From Isurus oxyrinchus (taxonomy: Eukaryota): a stretch of 64,000 nucleotides of DNA. Made by a program: the position numbers and the translations under genes. The stretch lies in assembly GCA_026770705.1 (NCBI GenBank), contig JANJGN010000014.1, positions 24,862,001 through 24,926,000 of the forward strand, given 5' to 3'. This document shows positions 27,770 through 40,829 of this stretch, piece by piece. The notes beneath the pieces were generated by a model. That model was given only the letters and a program-made list of their open reading frames with translations, was not told the DNA's origin and searched no databases. Within the stretch, counting starts at the first letter, position 1; each line of letters begins with the position of its first letter.

Positions 27770-28660
27770 ATACAAGTAAAATTTCAAAATTTGTTGATAA
27801 TACAAAACTTGGATGAATGGCAAACAGTGAAGATGATACCAAACGACTCCAAATACACATAGATAGGCTAGTGGAATGGGTTGATAAGTGGCGGATGAAA
27901 TTTAATACAGACAAATATAAGTGACGTGATGCATTTTGGCAAAAGGAATTAAGAGAGGCAATAAAGACTCAATGACAGTTCTAAAGAGCATGGAGGAACA
28001 GAGGGACCTGAAGATTCATATGCACTGACCTTTGAAGGTGGCAGGACATACTGAGGGTGATTAGAAAGGCATACAGGATCTTAGGATTTATAAATTTACG
28101 TATTCAGTACACATTATGCTGAACCTTTATAGAGATTTGGTTAGGCCACAACTGGAGTATTGTTCCCATTTCTGGTTACCACACTTAAGGTGCGGTGTGA
28201 GGATCCTTGAGAGGGAGCAGAGGAAATTTACCAGAATTGGTCCAGGGATGGGGGCTTTCAGCTACAAAGTTAATTTGGAGAAGCCAGGGTTGTTCTCCTC
28301 TTAAAGGAGATTGAGGGGAGATTTAATAGAGGTGTACAAGATTATGACAGTTTTGGATAAGGTAGCCAAGGAGAAACTGTTCCCATCAGCTAATGGTACA
28401 AGGATGAAGGAGACACAGGTTTAAGGTTTTGGATAAGAGATGCAGGGGGAATGGTAATGACCTGTAACTTGTTGCCCTCAAAGGAAGCAGAGATGATCAA
28501 TGGCTTCAAAGGAAATTGGATGGACACTTGAAGGAAATAAACTTTCAGGGCTACAGGGATAGAGTCGCGGAATGGGACTGCCTAGATTGGTCTGTGGAGA
28601 GCCGACTAAGACTCAATGGGTCAAATGGCCTCCTTCTGTGCCGTAAATAACTCTATGTAA
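27770..28660 (+). mobile_element. Old CR1 3' fragment
   Basis: LVRPQLEYCSHFWLP and a CR1-type 3' UTR. Confidence 0.75.
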
Positions 28661-28716
28661 ATGACTCTCTAAACCCCTTACCAGTGACAACTCATGAGCC
28701 TGAAGCAGCCTTTTAC

Positions 28717-28829
28717 CTGATGGCTTCAGCAGCATAAGCTGCCCCTGCTTTCGCCAGCTCTTTACACTCCACACAGAGAACATCCTTTACCATATCATTA
28801 ACCAAGTCTTTGACCACTTCAACGATCAT
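28717..28829 (-). CDS. MCM3AP: MCM3AP exon (MIVEVVKDLVNDMVKDVLCVECKELAKAGAAYAAEAI)
   Basis: Hand-translated; AGAAYAA motif; CAG acceptor, GTAAAA donor. Confidence 0.9.
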
Positions 28830-29959
28830 CTGAAAGAGAGAGACAGCAGTTCTGAAATAGGGATAGGGACAGTCATCCTGAAACAAGATTTAGAACCCTT
28901 CATCCATTAATCCTTTCTCTTGATTTTAAAATTAACATCTCCTGTCTAATTTTTAAGACTTTTTTTGACCCTCATTTTCCTTTGGTTTTCTTACTCTGTA
29001 CACCTGAGGAACAGCAATTTACAAAGAACATCTTACTCACTACGCCACCTAATTATCACCCAGAACTGTTCTTATTGTATAACTTTGCGGTACTCGATTT
29101 TTTTTATTTTCCAAATTTTTCTCCGTCTTTCCGTGGAATAATACATAAATCTAAAACAAACTCTCAGGATCAAACAGAGACATTACAGGAAATACACAGC
29201 AATGTACCCAATAACCATGAAAGATTGCTCAAAGTACAAGGGCTAAAACCTGGTACATAAATCACACTTTACAAATGTTTACTATGTATGTATAAATTTC
29301 TAGTTTCAGATTGGGATGCTCGTGCTGCCACTGAGCCAGGATAAGTCATCATGGCTCAAACCTCACCCCAAGATTTGAACACATTCTTTAGGCTGACAAT
29401 TCTGTGCTTTACTAGGAGAGAGCTGCATTGTTGAATGTGTTGATCAAAGGAAATTTAAACAGAGGCTGTGTTACCTGTTCAGGTGATTGTAAAAAAAAAA
29501 CCCATGACATTATTTGAAGACCAGTTGGCTCTTTCAGTATCCCAGCTAACTTTCCTCGCTCATCTAACAACAGAAAGATTAAGTGCTCCTTTTCCTCTAA
29601 CTTGTTGTTTGTGAAACCTTGCTGTGTGTGAGCTGACTGTTATGTTTTTGCACATAACAACATGAACTACAGATTCATTGGCCATGAATCACTTTGTAAT
29701 GCCCCAAAAAAGACATATAACTTACTATAGGAAAGGGACAGATTATGAAATATTATAATAAAACTTCTGTTGCATTTGCAAACAGCAATGGAGAAGCATA
29801 CTGCAGATGGTAGAAACAATCGGCAAAAATAAATTCACTGTCCTGTACACATACCTGATATAACTTAATAGTCACAAGCACGCATACATTAGTCATTAAA
29901 GCCAGACATCTCTAGTGAGTGAAAAGTAATCTCCCTAGTTTATAGTCTGCAAGAACTGC

Positions 29960-30875
29960 TTACTATTCCAGGATAATCCTAGAATAAAGAGTAACCTCCA
30001 GCTTCTTTGCTCTTCTGAAAGCCATCTTTTTAAAACTGTCTCCCATATCTGTCCGTCCGTCTTCGTCTCCAACAAGTGTGAGAAGCTCATGGGTTTCTTT
30101 GACACCCAGATTGAGACCAACTGATCAGCTGGCTCTGCCATTTCCCTCCTTTCCCACCAGACTAAGTTCCTTTAAGGATATCCCCCTGCCCAGTCCTGAG
30201 CTTGTACCTTTCTCTATGTTCTCTTCCATCTCCCTCAACCTCTCCAAGCTCATCTTATCCATGATAACTACCTGCTGCTCCCCCGACACTATTCTCACTG
30301 AACTGTTGACTACTTAACCTCCCTTTCCTCCCCAAAATCTTTGAATGTATCTTCCAAATTCATGCCCATCCTTCTCCTGGCCAGCCTCCCATATTCTACC
30401 CTCAGAAACTTGCAGACATCCAGACATCCTAACTCACACTAAATCCCATTCACTCTTCACCTGTGCTTGCTGCTCTGCATTGCCCCTGGTTAAGCAATAC
30501 CATGATTTTAAAATTCTTGTCCTGTTTCAAATTCCTTCTTGGGCTGGCTTCCTCCCTATCTCTGATAGTCTGAGGTCTGTATTTCTCTAATTCCAGCCTG
30601 AGCCTGAAGCAACCCCGTTAGTGGCCATGCAATCAGTTGCCTAGGCCCTACACTCAGGGATTCCCTCTATATACTTCTCTGCCTCTCGACCTCACTTTCT
30701 TTCCTTTAAGACACTCCCTAAAACCTACCTTTTTGATCAAGCTTTTGATCGCCTGTCCTAATATCTCACAATGTAGCTCAAATGTCATATTTTGTTTCAT
30801 AACACCTCTGTGAAGCACCTTGCAAGATTTTATTACATCAAAGGCACTGTATAAATATAAGTTTGTTGTTGTTTA
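29960..30875 (+). mobile_element. Degenerate L2-like LINE fragments with (gtt)n tail
   Basis: C/T-rich decayed ORF; 3' end 'aaaacctacctttttgatcaagc...ataaatataagtttgttgttg' recurs at ~37200 and ~45120. Confidence 0.5.
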
Positions 30876-31052
30876 CATGATGAACAAAACCACTCAAACT
30901 TCACTGCTTTAGATGTCAACTAAACTCCTAGATTAGATTAACCTCCTGAAATTTAGTAAGGGGGGCAATTTAGGCTAGTCACATAAGGAACAGTGAAGGT
31001 GAAGTAAATTCAAGAAAATAATGCAAACACTTCTGATGTGGCTAGTTTGTAC

Positions 31053-31222
31053 CTTTTCAGAGTAGACTGGCTGAGGCTTAGGTGGAGGTGCAGTGGGCAC
31101 CTGAGGGGTGATAGGCAACAGAGCTGTCGGAGGAGCAGTAACCTGAAGCAATGGCAGTGGCTGAGAAGGCTGTTCGACAGGAGGCATTTCTGGGGCTAAC
31201 AATCGGTCCTCCAGCAGTACAG
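31053..31222 (-). CDS. MCM3AP: MCM3AP proline-rich exon (VLLEDRLLAPE...PPPKPQPVYSEK)
   Basis: Pro-rich linker ending PxPVYS as in GANP; CAG acceptor, GTACAA donor. Confidence 0.88.
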
Positions 31223-31414
31223 CTGCAAAGATACAAGATAAAATAGTAAAACACAAAACGCAAGTGACAAAAACTATAATTGTCAACATCTATCAGTATG
31301 GTGAATGAGCCAAGATTACAAAATCAATGGAAATTTACATTTAAAACAGCTGGTCATGTCCACCCTGAGAAGATCCTTTTTTACACAAGTTAAGTATTTC
31401 AGATGTTTGGAATT

Positions 31415-31598
31415 TGAAATGAAAACAGAAAACTTGGGAAACACTCAAAAGATTTGGCAGCAAAAGACAGTTAATGTTTCAGATCTGTGACCTTTCATCA
31501 GAATTATGATCAAAAGTTCACAGACCTGAAAACATAAATAGTTTTCTCTCTCCACAGATGCTGCCTACTAAGTATTTCCATCATTTTGTTTTTATTGG
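31415..31598. mobile_element. Short palindromic element made of two inverted PLE 3' tails (hammerhead-containing)
   Basis: Imperfect inverted arms centred on AATT at 31502-31505, each homologous to the PLE terminal module. Confidence 0.75.
31469..31505 (-). ncRNA. Minimal hammerhead ribozyme motif, partly decayed
   Basis: AATT-CTGATGA-A-AGGTC-ACA-GATCT-GAAAC-ATT-AACT. Confidence 0.65.
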
Positions 31599-33424
31599 TA
31601 TTTTTGATTCATTGCAGCAAATCTTCCCATTCTTTGAACGGAGTTCTAGTGTTTTCACAAAGTCTGCAGCTGAGACACTAGGGGCGGTATATAATGGAGA
31701 TGACGGGGTCCTTGCCCACTGACCGGAGAGCCGGCAAGAGTCCTGCTCTTTTAGAGAAGGCTCACCAAAATAAGTGATACTCAGGCACTTAACTAGACAC
31801 GGGATCCATGGATCCATGGGATCGTGGACCCCGAAGCAGATGTCCCACCTGCAGAGCTACTGGGTCAATCATAGACTGGCAGCTGTACTGAATGGCAGCC
31901 CCTCTGGGAAGGCAGCAGCTGCTGTCGGTCCAATACCCATCCAAGGCTGGTATCACTGCTGGATTCCAGGCCACAGGTGCATGATAAAAGGAGGGGGCCA
32001 CAGGGGATTTGAGGGTATGGGGACAGGGTGGCTCAGTAGCAAGGGCAGTGGCTGGCTCTTGGAACCCCTCCCTTCCCAAAGTCAGGTTCCTCAATCAGTC
32101 ACTGAGTGCCTTTGAACAAGGAATCTCACTGGGAGCCAGAAAGCAACACCAGAAGTTGGGCCACAACTGGCAGTCCAGCCACCAACTTAATCAGGGAGGA
32201 GGTGGGGTGGTAGTGGAGCTCCACCCGCCATCCGCCCACTTAATTAAATGCCACCCTCATCATCAAACTTGACATAGCTGAGGGCATTAAATACCACTGA
32301 GGTGTTTTTCAACAAGAGTTCTGAGTGTGTGAAATTTTCAGGTCTTTCCAACCTGGGTTGTAGTCTTGGGATCAATTTAAGATGAAGAATTCAGATTGAG
32401 GCAAAAAAAGCATATTGATAAAAAATTGAAACTTACTGGAAATGCAAAATAACATATTGGTAAAAACACATTGCGCAAAGCTACTGACACCTTAATTGGT
32501 CCAGATTGGCTAACAAAAAGTAACAATCCTCACAGCATTCCCATCATCAGAGTATCAATGCAAATGTTGGGCTTGTTTTAGTCCCAGCTGCTCATAAGAT
32601 GTCATCTGCATCACTGTTCGATGCTTTCAGGAAGATTAGCAATCAAGATCAAAATTGAAGTCATTTTCAGGGGTTTCAAAAAACAGAAATAAACAAGCTG
32701 CTGGCATCTGAAAGAACCCTTCACTATTACATTTATGAATTTGATTGGAAACACAGGCCAGATGTATTATTTTCTGCCAGATGATACACAGACAAAAAGA
32801 ATTAGCTAAAATCACGCCAGGTCAGAGAGAGAAAAAGCAAAGGTGACTTATACAGAGAGTGCTTTATATGTACAATTTAACCTACTTTCTAAGAATGAGG
32901 ACAACCACACTAATGGGAAGGTAAAACTCCTCCTTATACATTCAAACCTCCATACACAAATTAATTTTATCTGGGTAATAAGATGCTTACAACCAAGTGG
33001 AGGCTAACTGGGAACACAGCAGCGCCAAATACTTGCGCCTTAAAATATCAGATCAAAACAACAATGTTTCAGGCACCAGATGGTGCAGTGGATTAGACAT
33101 AGGCTTTTTCATCTCAGAATCCTGGGTACAGATCCAGGCCAGTTAGGTGAAGTGCCTGCCTGATAGAAGGGTAAAAGAAACCACAGGTTAGCTGGTATGG
33201 AAAATGCCACACTGGTACAGTGGGTAACATGTATCAGAGATTGGAGCTGAGGCATGTAATTTGACAATATAGAAAGGGCTTCATTTTGCATTACGATTGA
33301 CACAAAGTACTGCATCCCTCAGCTTCATAACACAAACTTCCACACCAAAATATTACAACGGCATGATATTCCTTTAACAGTAATACTGCTCTACATAATT
33401 AATCTACAGAAACTCATGACTTAC

Positions 33425-33478
33425 CGGTACAGGATGTAACAGGATGAGTTTCAACTTTTCTTGCTGCATCTTGACCAC
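33425..33478 (-). CDS. MCM3AP: Probable 54-bp MCM3AP exon (GGQDAARKVETHPVTSCT)
   Basis: ttttgattttag acceptor, G|GTAAGT donor, stop-free, symmetric phase 1/1; weak protein homology. Confidence 0.65.
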
Positions 33479-33834
33479 CTAAAATCAAAACAAAATGCAC
33501 ACAATGTTGCTTAACAGTGGGCTATTTTATGTTTCCAACCAAACAAGCAAAGGGTTCAATAGCTTAAATGATTTTTTCCTTAGCTCTGGGGCATTGGGTT
33601 CAGCCCAAAATGATGAAATTAAAATCTTTTGGCTGCTAGAGAGCTGCATGAAAGTTGAGAAATCTAAATTCAGTTTCAAGCAGACATAAGCACAAAAACC
33701 AAGGTGAACTAGGAGGCAGAGAGAAAGCAAAGAGAGAGAAAGACAGAAAAGAGAAAGACAGCAGAGAGAAAAAGACAAGAGGAGGGGGAGAGAGGAAAGA
33801 GAAAAGGAAAAAGAAAAAAATGAAAGGAAAAAAT

Positions 33835-34190
33835 ATCACTCTTCACAAAGGCAGGACATCCCAAAGCATTTTAGTCAATAAGATATTTTTGAAGTGTAGC
33901 CACAGTCGCAGCAACCAATTTGCACACCGCAAACCCCCACAAACAGCAATGTGAAAACCATCAGATCAACTGCTTTCAGCGATGTTGGTTGAGAAATAAA
34001 TAATGACCAGATAACTGGGAATAACTCCCCTGTTCTTTCTTTAAAAGTGTCATGGGATCTCTTACATCCACCTGAGAGGGCAGATGGGACCTCAATTTAC
34101 CATCTCATCTGAACGACAAAGATCACAGGATGGCTGGTGTAGGAAATAGTAAAATGTCACACTGCTGCAGCACAAAGCACTCTGAGGTTG
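33835..34190 (-). mobile_element. SINE remnant (probably DeuSINE/SacSINE1-like)
   Basis: Resembles the Deu-type core from memory; related decayed copies near 29300-29700 and 48950-49280. Confidence 0.45.
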
Positions 34191-34682
34191 ATCTGCAGAC
34201 ACATTGTTACATAGACTACATGAAGCTATAGTATATACATAACCAGAGCTGCAACTGGAAGCATTTGACAGCAAGACTGGGTGCTGGAATTCCCCATCGC
34301 TGATAACCTTGACAAGCACAAAATTCTACCTCAAGAACACTGGCAGCAGTGAAACTTTCTACTCCATGATTTCCAAAAAAAAATTTTTGGAGACAATTCG
34401 TGATGAAATTTTTCAAATAGCTCTCATGAGAAGATCAAAATCAACAAACAAGGATTTGGACATTTCAGTGCAAGCTCTCAACTGCTCTTTTACCAATTAG
34501 CTTGAATTGGGTGAATGTTATATTTTAAAAACATGGTCAAGAACAGTCAACTCCTTGGTATAAAGACCTTGGGTTTTAACACTTCAATTATCTTCAAAAG
34601 GTCTTTCCTTGATCAGAGGAAATTAATCTCATTTACCCAAAAGAAATAGTATGACAATTTTCCTAAACAGATTTATACACAC

Positions 34683-34918
34683 CTTCTACACTCAGAGTTG
34701 GTTTCTGACTGGCACTATTTGGCTCACGGCTCTCTCCAACGTATCGCCCTTGATTGTCAAAGCTCAAAACAGGGATATATGGTGTAAATAGTGGAAGCTG
34801 CCCTCCATTCACTACCTCCCCAATCAGTGCAGTGCGTTTCTGATCAATAAACAGGGACTTCTTGGGCAAGAGTGGATAATCTGGATCGGTTAAGGTCAAT
34901 CGGTTCAATTCAACACAC
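34683..34918 (-). CDS. MCM3AP: MCM3AP exon (CVELNRLTL...IGEVVNGGQLP...SVE)
   Basis: CVELNR and GEvVNGG motifs; phase-compatible junctions. Confidence 0.92.
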
Positions 34919-35099
34919 CTGCAACATATTAAATTTCATATCAATTATACAGGGCAGATTGCTCATTATCCACCATCTCTTTTGTTCTTGGAATGAAATT
35001 GAACCTCCTTATTTAATTATAAACGATCATCCTACAGCATGGTGTAGGGATGAAGAAACGGGAGTAAGTTGGAAAAAAGTTGATTTTAAGTAGATAAGA

Positions 35100-36550
35100 A
35101 TGGAATGAGGGAAAAATTCATTGATGAATAGAACAGCAATGTAAAACATTTAAAGCAGTGCTTAAAAAGAGTCAAGGAGAAATAATCCCACTAAAAAGCA
35201 AGTAATGGTACCACCGTAGGTGAACAAATAAATAAGGGCATAATTGTAACTGAAGAAAAGGCATACATTAAGAACAAAACAAAGGAGAAAAATCACAAAA
35301 GGAAATTTTAAAAAACTAATAAGTCAAAAAAGCAGTAAGATGACAAAGAGAAACTACAAAATTGAATGATCAAGGGATATAGAAAGAAAGAGTAAAAGTA
35401 TTCCATGAGCACAAATAACAAAAGAAAAATCAAGATACGGAGAGGACACTAGGGGATGCACGTGCTAAATTCACATATGTTTAAAAATATCAGAAGAGAA
35501 TACTGCCAGAGGACTGGAGGACAGCTAATGCGATTTCTGTATATAAAACGGGAGGCATAGCAGCCCAGGAAACTATAAAACAAAGTGCTTAACACTGGTG
35601 ATAGGGGAAAAAATGGAATTCTTATTCAAAGATGTAATAGAAAAACATCCAAAAACTGAAAATATAACCAAGTGATCAGCACAGATTCCAAAATGAAAGG
35701 TCATGCTGGAGCAAACTTATTGACCTCAGACTGACAAAGGGTGAGGAATGGTGCTCCATAGCATCAGTGCTGGGACCACTGTTGTTCACTATTTCAACAT
35801 AGATAAATGTACAGTAATATATTTTGATAGAAAGAAAGAAAATATTCCTTGGAAAATAATTGTCCAAATGAGATGGAGAAACAGAGGAATCCAGGGATAT
35901 AGGTACTAAAAATAGCGATGCTGGTTAATAAAGCCATAAAAAAATAACAAAGCACTGGTATTCACTTCTAGAGGGATAGAATTGAAAAGCAGCTAAAGTT
36001 GTACTTATACTAAACTCATATAAAACTTCAGTCAATCAGACACTTAAAGTATGTAAACAGTTCTGGTCTTTTTTTTATATATCAAAATGATCTTGAGACA
36101 CTGGAGAAGGTCCAAAAATGATTTGCTACAACAATACAAGAACAAAGAAGTTGCATCTATCAGAAAAGTTTGAATAGGCCGAATCTCTTTTCTCTAAAGG
36201 TGAGAAGGCTGAGGTGTGATCTGACAGAGGTCTTCAAGATTATGAAAATGTTTGATAGGACAGAACAAGAGGTCATAAAGATAAGATAGTCACTAATAAA
36301 TCCAACAAGGAATTGAGGAAAAACTTTACCAAAGAGTGGTTAGAATGAGAAACTGGCTACCACAATTGAGGCAAATAGCACAGATGCATTCAAAGGGAAA
36401 CTAGATAAGTATGTAAGAAATAAATAAATGGAGGCATATGTTGATGGGGTTAGATGAAGAGGAGTGGGAGGATGACCATGTGCAGCATAAAGACTAGCTA
36501 AAGACTATACATCTGTTAGACTGAATGACCCATTTCTGTGCTATAAATAT
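35100..36550 (+). mobile_element. Highly degenerate CR1
   Basis: Remnants such as 'gaggactggaggacagctaatg', 'tcagtgctgggaccactgttgttc' and a CR1-type 3' end. Confidence 0.65.
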
Positions 36551-38796
36551 TTTGTGACCACCAAGGACACAGGCTGCTTAAATCAGGGATATACAACTTT
36601 GTAGAGCTGGGGACATATAGATATGGAAAATTCTGTGAATGACCCCAATATAACACTCACACAAAGTGAGACCACACAACCCCAACACAGTGTGTCAACA
36701 AACACACAGGAATCAAGCTGAGACTTCCATAGATAAAAGAAAATGAAACCACAAGTGAGAATTAGATCCAATCACACAAAACAGGACACATGCACACAAA
36801 TCGAGGACCTCCTCTGTGCTCTTTTCCCCTCTCTCACAAAAGTGGAAGCTTCAGCTCCTAAGATCCTGTGCCTGAAAGACTACAGAGGATTGCTTGCCAA
36901 TTGGATTTTGATTTTGCTCAGGAAGCAGCCTCTTCCAGTGCTTCAATTTCAGGAACTTCTAACCAGCTGAAATCAGTTGTGAGCAGAGTGTAAAGGCACT
37001 CAAAGGCTCAGTCAGAGAATTGTCATCCTTGTGTTCAATTCCTCCTGGGTCTCTTTCCTTCACTATATCCATAACCTCCTCCAATCCGATAACCCTCTGT
37101 GATCTCTTCCCTTCTGCACCGACTTCCATCGGCGCACTACTAGTGTTTGTGCTTGTGTCCCCAAGTGCTAAAATTCCCTCCCTTAAAGGAGAAAAATGAG
37201 GTGGAGAAGTTAAGATGTTTCTTACAACCTACCTCTTTGACCCAGCTTTGGGCCAAGTCTCCTGATAGCTCCTTATGTGGCTCAGAATTAAATTTTGTTT
37301 TATAGTGTTCCTGTTAAGCCTCTTGGAAGATTTTATGTTATAGGTGCTGTACAAATGCAGGTAAATGAAGGTGGGTTGAGGTAATGTTTTCAGCTCTGTT
37401 TGTTAGTCTGTTTGTTGGTAAACACTGTATATAAAAAAACTAATGGGACAGATTTCAACGAAACACAGTACAAAGCTAGGGTATTGCCCAAGGGAGAACT
37501 GATTAGCCTTTGACGACGTTGAGGATCTGATTCAGATCCTGAAATTTTTTTAAAGGATCCGTTAACATTAGGAGATAGGGAGAACGGAGTGTTTTTTTAA
37601 AAAGGATATTGTTGATTGTCTTAGAATGTTGTGGATTGTCTCAGTTGATGTGGTGGAAATTGTCAACCTTTCAAAATGTAAGCAGAGTTTTCAGAGCAGG
37701 TAGTTAGATGTGGATTGGCCCGAAGCTGCCTCAGTGAGATGGAAGCTCTTAATAAAAGACTTGTTTTTTCAGTTTTGTAGTCACAGAGCATTAAACTGGC
37801 AGGGAACAGCTGCGTAACTGTAATAATGTTGTTAACATAGCCTGACAGAGGTATACGTTCCAAGTGCCCTCTTCACTTGTATCATAACTACAATTTGAAA
37901 CAGGTCTTTTATGGGAGTGACAAGGGGAAATCAGGTCAGGACATGTCATGAAAACAATTTGGGGGAAATCAGTAGAGAGCACGAGTTCAAACCAACTCTA
38001 ACTTTCACTAACAAGCAGGGAATGGCCTTCAGTCTATTAATTAATGGTTAAAATGTTAAAAATCCTGATAATCTTCAAAAACTATACAACTCAGTCCTAC
38101 TTGTACTCATATTTCTTGCTCTCTGATGTTTTTCTGTTTGAATTTTGTAAGCCTGGAGATTTGGAAAGGATTTTCCCAGCTGTTGCCTCATTGATGGATG
38201 AATTCTAAATCAGAGCACCATATGTCAATATTCACAGCTTGAGATAAATTTAATCTAAAAGACCCAATGACCAAAACTTATAGTCCCAAGGAATTCACTC
38301 TATGCTCAATGATAGAGCTTGGACAATCCTTCACAATATAAGGGTCAAGTTTAAAAGAGTGGATGTCGTCATCTAAGTATTTGAAAGAGAAATGAACATG
38401 TTGATATAGCATAAAATAGACAAAGGGCCCAAAGTAAGAGACACACACTTTCCAAGAGGAAAATAGGAGCAACAGCAAGGCTGTCAATATCAGTGTTCAG
38501 ACAAAAAGGAGAATGAATGCTGAGGAGGAGGAGAGGGCACTCCTGAAACCTGTGTCGGTAGTATAAAGGTTTAATAGCTATTATGCTAATATACATCATC
38601 GGTGATGTTAGATCATGTGTCACTGGAGCTGAGAGAGAGAGAGATAGTTCTGGAAGGAGCCTCATGTTTATCTATCCCTTAAATAGTTGTATATAGTTAA
38701 TAAATATTTGATAGTTCCTGGAAGCCTTGTTTCCTGTACTCTATGTTAAACCTGGGACCATTTGTGATGATACTTCAGTGCCAAACTGAGCTGGAG

Positions 38797-40170
38797 CAAA
38801 AGCAAAAAACTGCGGATGCTGGAAATCCAAAACAAAAACAAAAATACCTGGAAAAACTCAGCAGGTCTGGCAGCATCTGCGGAGAAGAACATAGTTAACG
38901 TTTCGAGTCTGAATGACTCTTCAACAGAACTAAGTAAAAATAGAAGAGAGGTGAAACATAAACTGGATTAACGGGGGTGTGACAAGGAGAGCTGGATAGA
39001 GGGCCAGTGAAAAATGTCACAGACAAAAGGACAAAAAGGTGTTGAGGGTGGTGATATTATCTAAGGAATGTGCTAATTAAGGGTAGAAAGCAGGACAAGC
39101 AAGGTACAGATAGCTCTAGTGGGGGTGGGGTGGGGTGAAGGAATCAAAAAAGGCTAAAAAGGTAGAGATAAAACAACGGATGGAAATACATTTAAAAATA
39201 ATGGAAATAGGTGGGATAAGAAAAATATATATAAATTATTGGGAAAAAAAAGGGGGGGGGATCGGAAAGGGGACGGGGATGAAGGAGAGAGTTCATGATC
39301 TAAAATTGTTGAACTCAATATTCAGTCTGGAAGGCTGTAAAGTGACTAGTCGGAAGATGAGGTGCTATTCCTCCAGTTTGCGTTGAGCTTCATTGGAACA
39401 ATGCAGCAGGCCAAGGACAGACATGTGGGCATGAGAGCAGGGTGGAATGTTGAAATGGCAAGCGACAGGGAGGTCTGGGTCATGCTTGAGGACAGACCGA
39501 AGGTGTTCTGCAAAGTGGTCACCCAGTCTGTGTTTGGTCTCTCCAATATAGAGGAAACCTCATTGGGAGCAGCGAATGCAGTAGACTAAATTGAGGGAAG
39601 TGCAAGTGAAATGCTGCTTCACTTGAAAGAAGTGTTCGGGCCCTTGGACGGTGAGGAGAGGGCAAGTAAAGGGGCAGGTGTTGCACCTTCTGCGGTTGCA
39701 TGGGAAGGTGCCATGGGAGGGGGTTGAGGTGTAGAGGGTGATGGAGGAGTGAACCAGGGTATCCCGGAGGAAATGATCCCTGCAGAATGCCGCCAGGGGG
39801 AAGGGAAGATGTGTTTGGTAGTGGCATCATGCTGGAGTTGGCAGAAATGGCAGAGGATGAGCCTTTGAATGCTGAGGCTGGTGGGGTGATAAGTGAGGAC
39901 AAGGAGGACCCTGTCATGGTTCTGGGAGGCAGAGGATTGTGTGAGGGCAGATGCGTGGGAGATGGGCCAGACATGGTTGAGGGCCCCGTCAACCACGGTG
40001 GGTGGAAAACCTCGGTTAAGGAAGAAGGAAGACATATGAGAGGAACTGTTTTTGAAAGTGGCATCATCAGAACAGATGTGACGGAGGCGAAGGAACTGAA
40101 AGAATGGGATGGAGTCCTTACAGGAAGCGGGGTGTGAGAAGCTGTACTCGAGGTAGCTGTGGGAGACGGT
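38797..40170 (-). mobile_element. Penelope-like element, 5'-truncated (RT C-terminus, GIY-YIG, 3' tail)
   Basis: MSSFFLNRGFPPTVVD...VLTYHPTS; same family as 53844-58003. Confidence 0.9.
38893..38931 (-). ncRNA. Minimal hammerhead ribozyme motif
   Basis: AGTT-CTGTTGA-A-GAGTC-ATTCA-GACTC-GAAAC-GTT-AACT. Confidence 0.75.
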
Positions 40171-40478
40171 CGGTTAGCTAGAGCATTGTTGGATGTCAAG
40201 GACGGAAGGGCTGGATAGAGCTCAAGTGATGGGCCTTAGGGAAATCAAGGTTCGTTTTGACGGTTCAGCAGTTATCCAATCTCTGTATGACTTACCAAAC
40301 ATAAAGGAGATCACACTTTCAGCAGCAACACAGAATAATCAATTAGGACAAGTGTGGGAAGCAACAAAGTGACAGGTGTTTCACGTGTTGTAGTTACAAA
40401 ATTTGTCTCAAGAAGAGATGCATGTAAGGAAGATGGTTATAAGCAATTTTAAACACCCAAGCTCTTTTTGACACTTAC

Positions 40479-40639
40479 CCATCACTCAAACTCAGACCGT
40501 AGTGCCTGGCAAATTCTTCTGCCTCTTCACAGTCTTTAAACAGCAACATTCTAACAAGAGTGTCCACTGGGAACATTGTGGATCGCTGAGAACTCACCGT
40601 GAAAGCAAAATTCAAAGTCTTCAAAGCCTCACGGCGTAC
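40479..40639 (-). CDS. MCM3AP: MCM3AP exon ([54 protein letters not shown])
   Basis: Hand-translated (absent from ORF track); matches the GANP PCI-fold segment; CAG acceptor, GTAAGT donor. Confidence 0.95.
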
Positions 40640-40829
40640 CTGAAACAAACCAACATCTGAGACAATGCTCTCCTAGTAAGCTTTCACCTGCCTGATTCAG
40701 ATATTCAATAATACAGAGCTGGAGATTAGAGAGGATAGGACCTACTAGTTTGTCAAAAATTAGCCAACAAGCTGTACTGGGCCCTAAGATATACTGTCCT
40801 CATGCTACATGTTCACTGGAATGTAGGAA

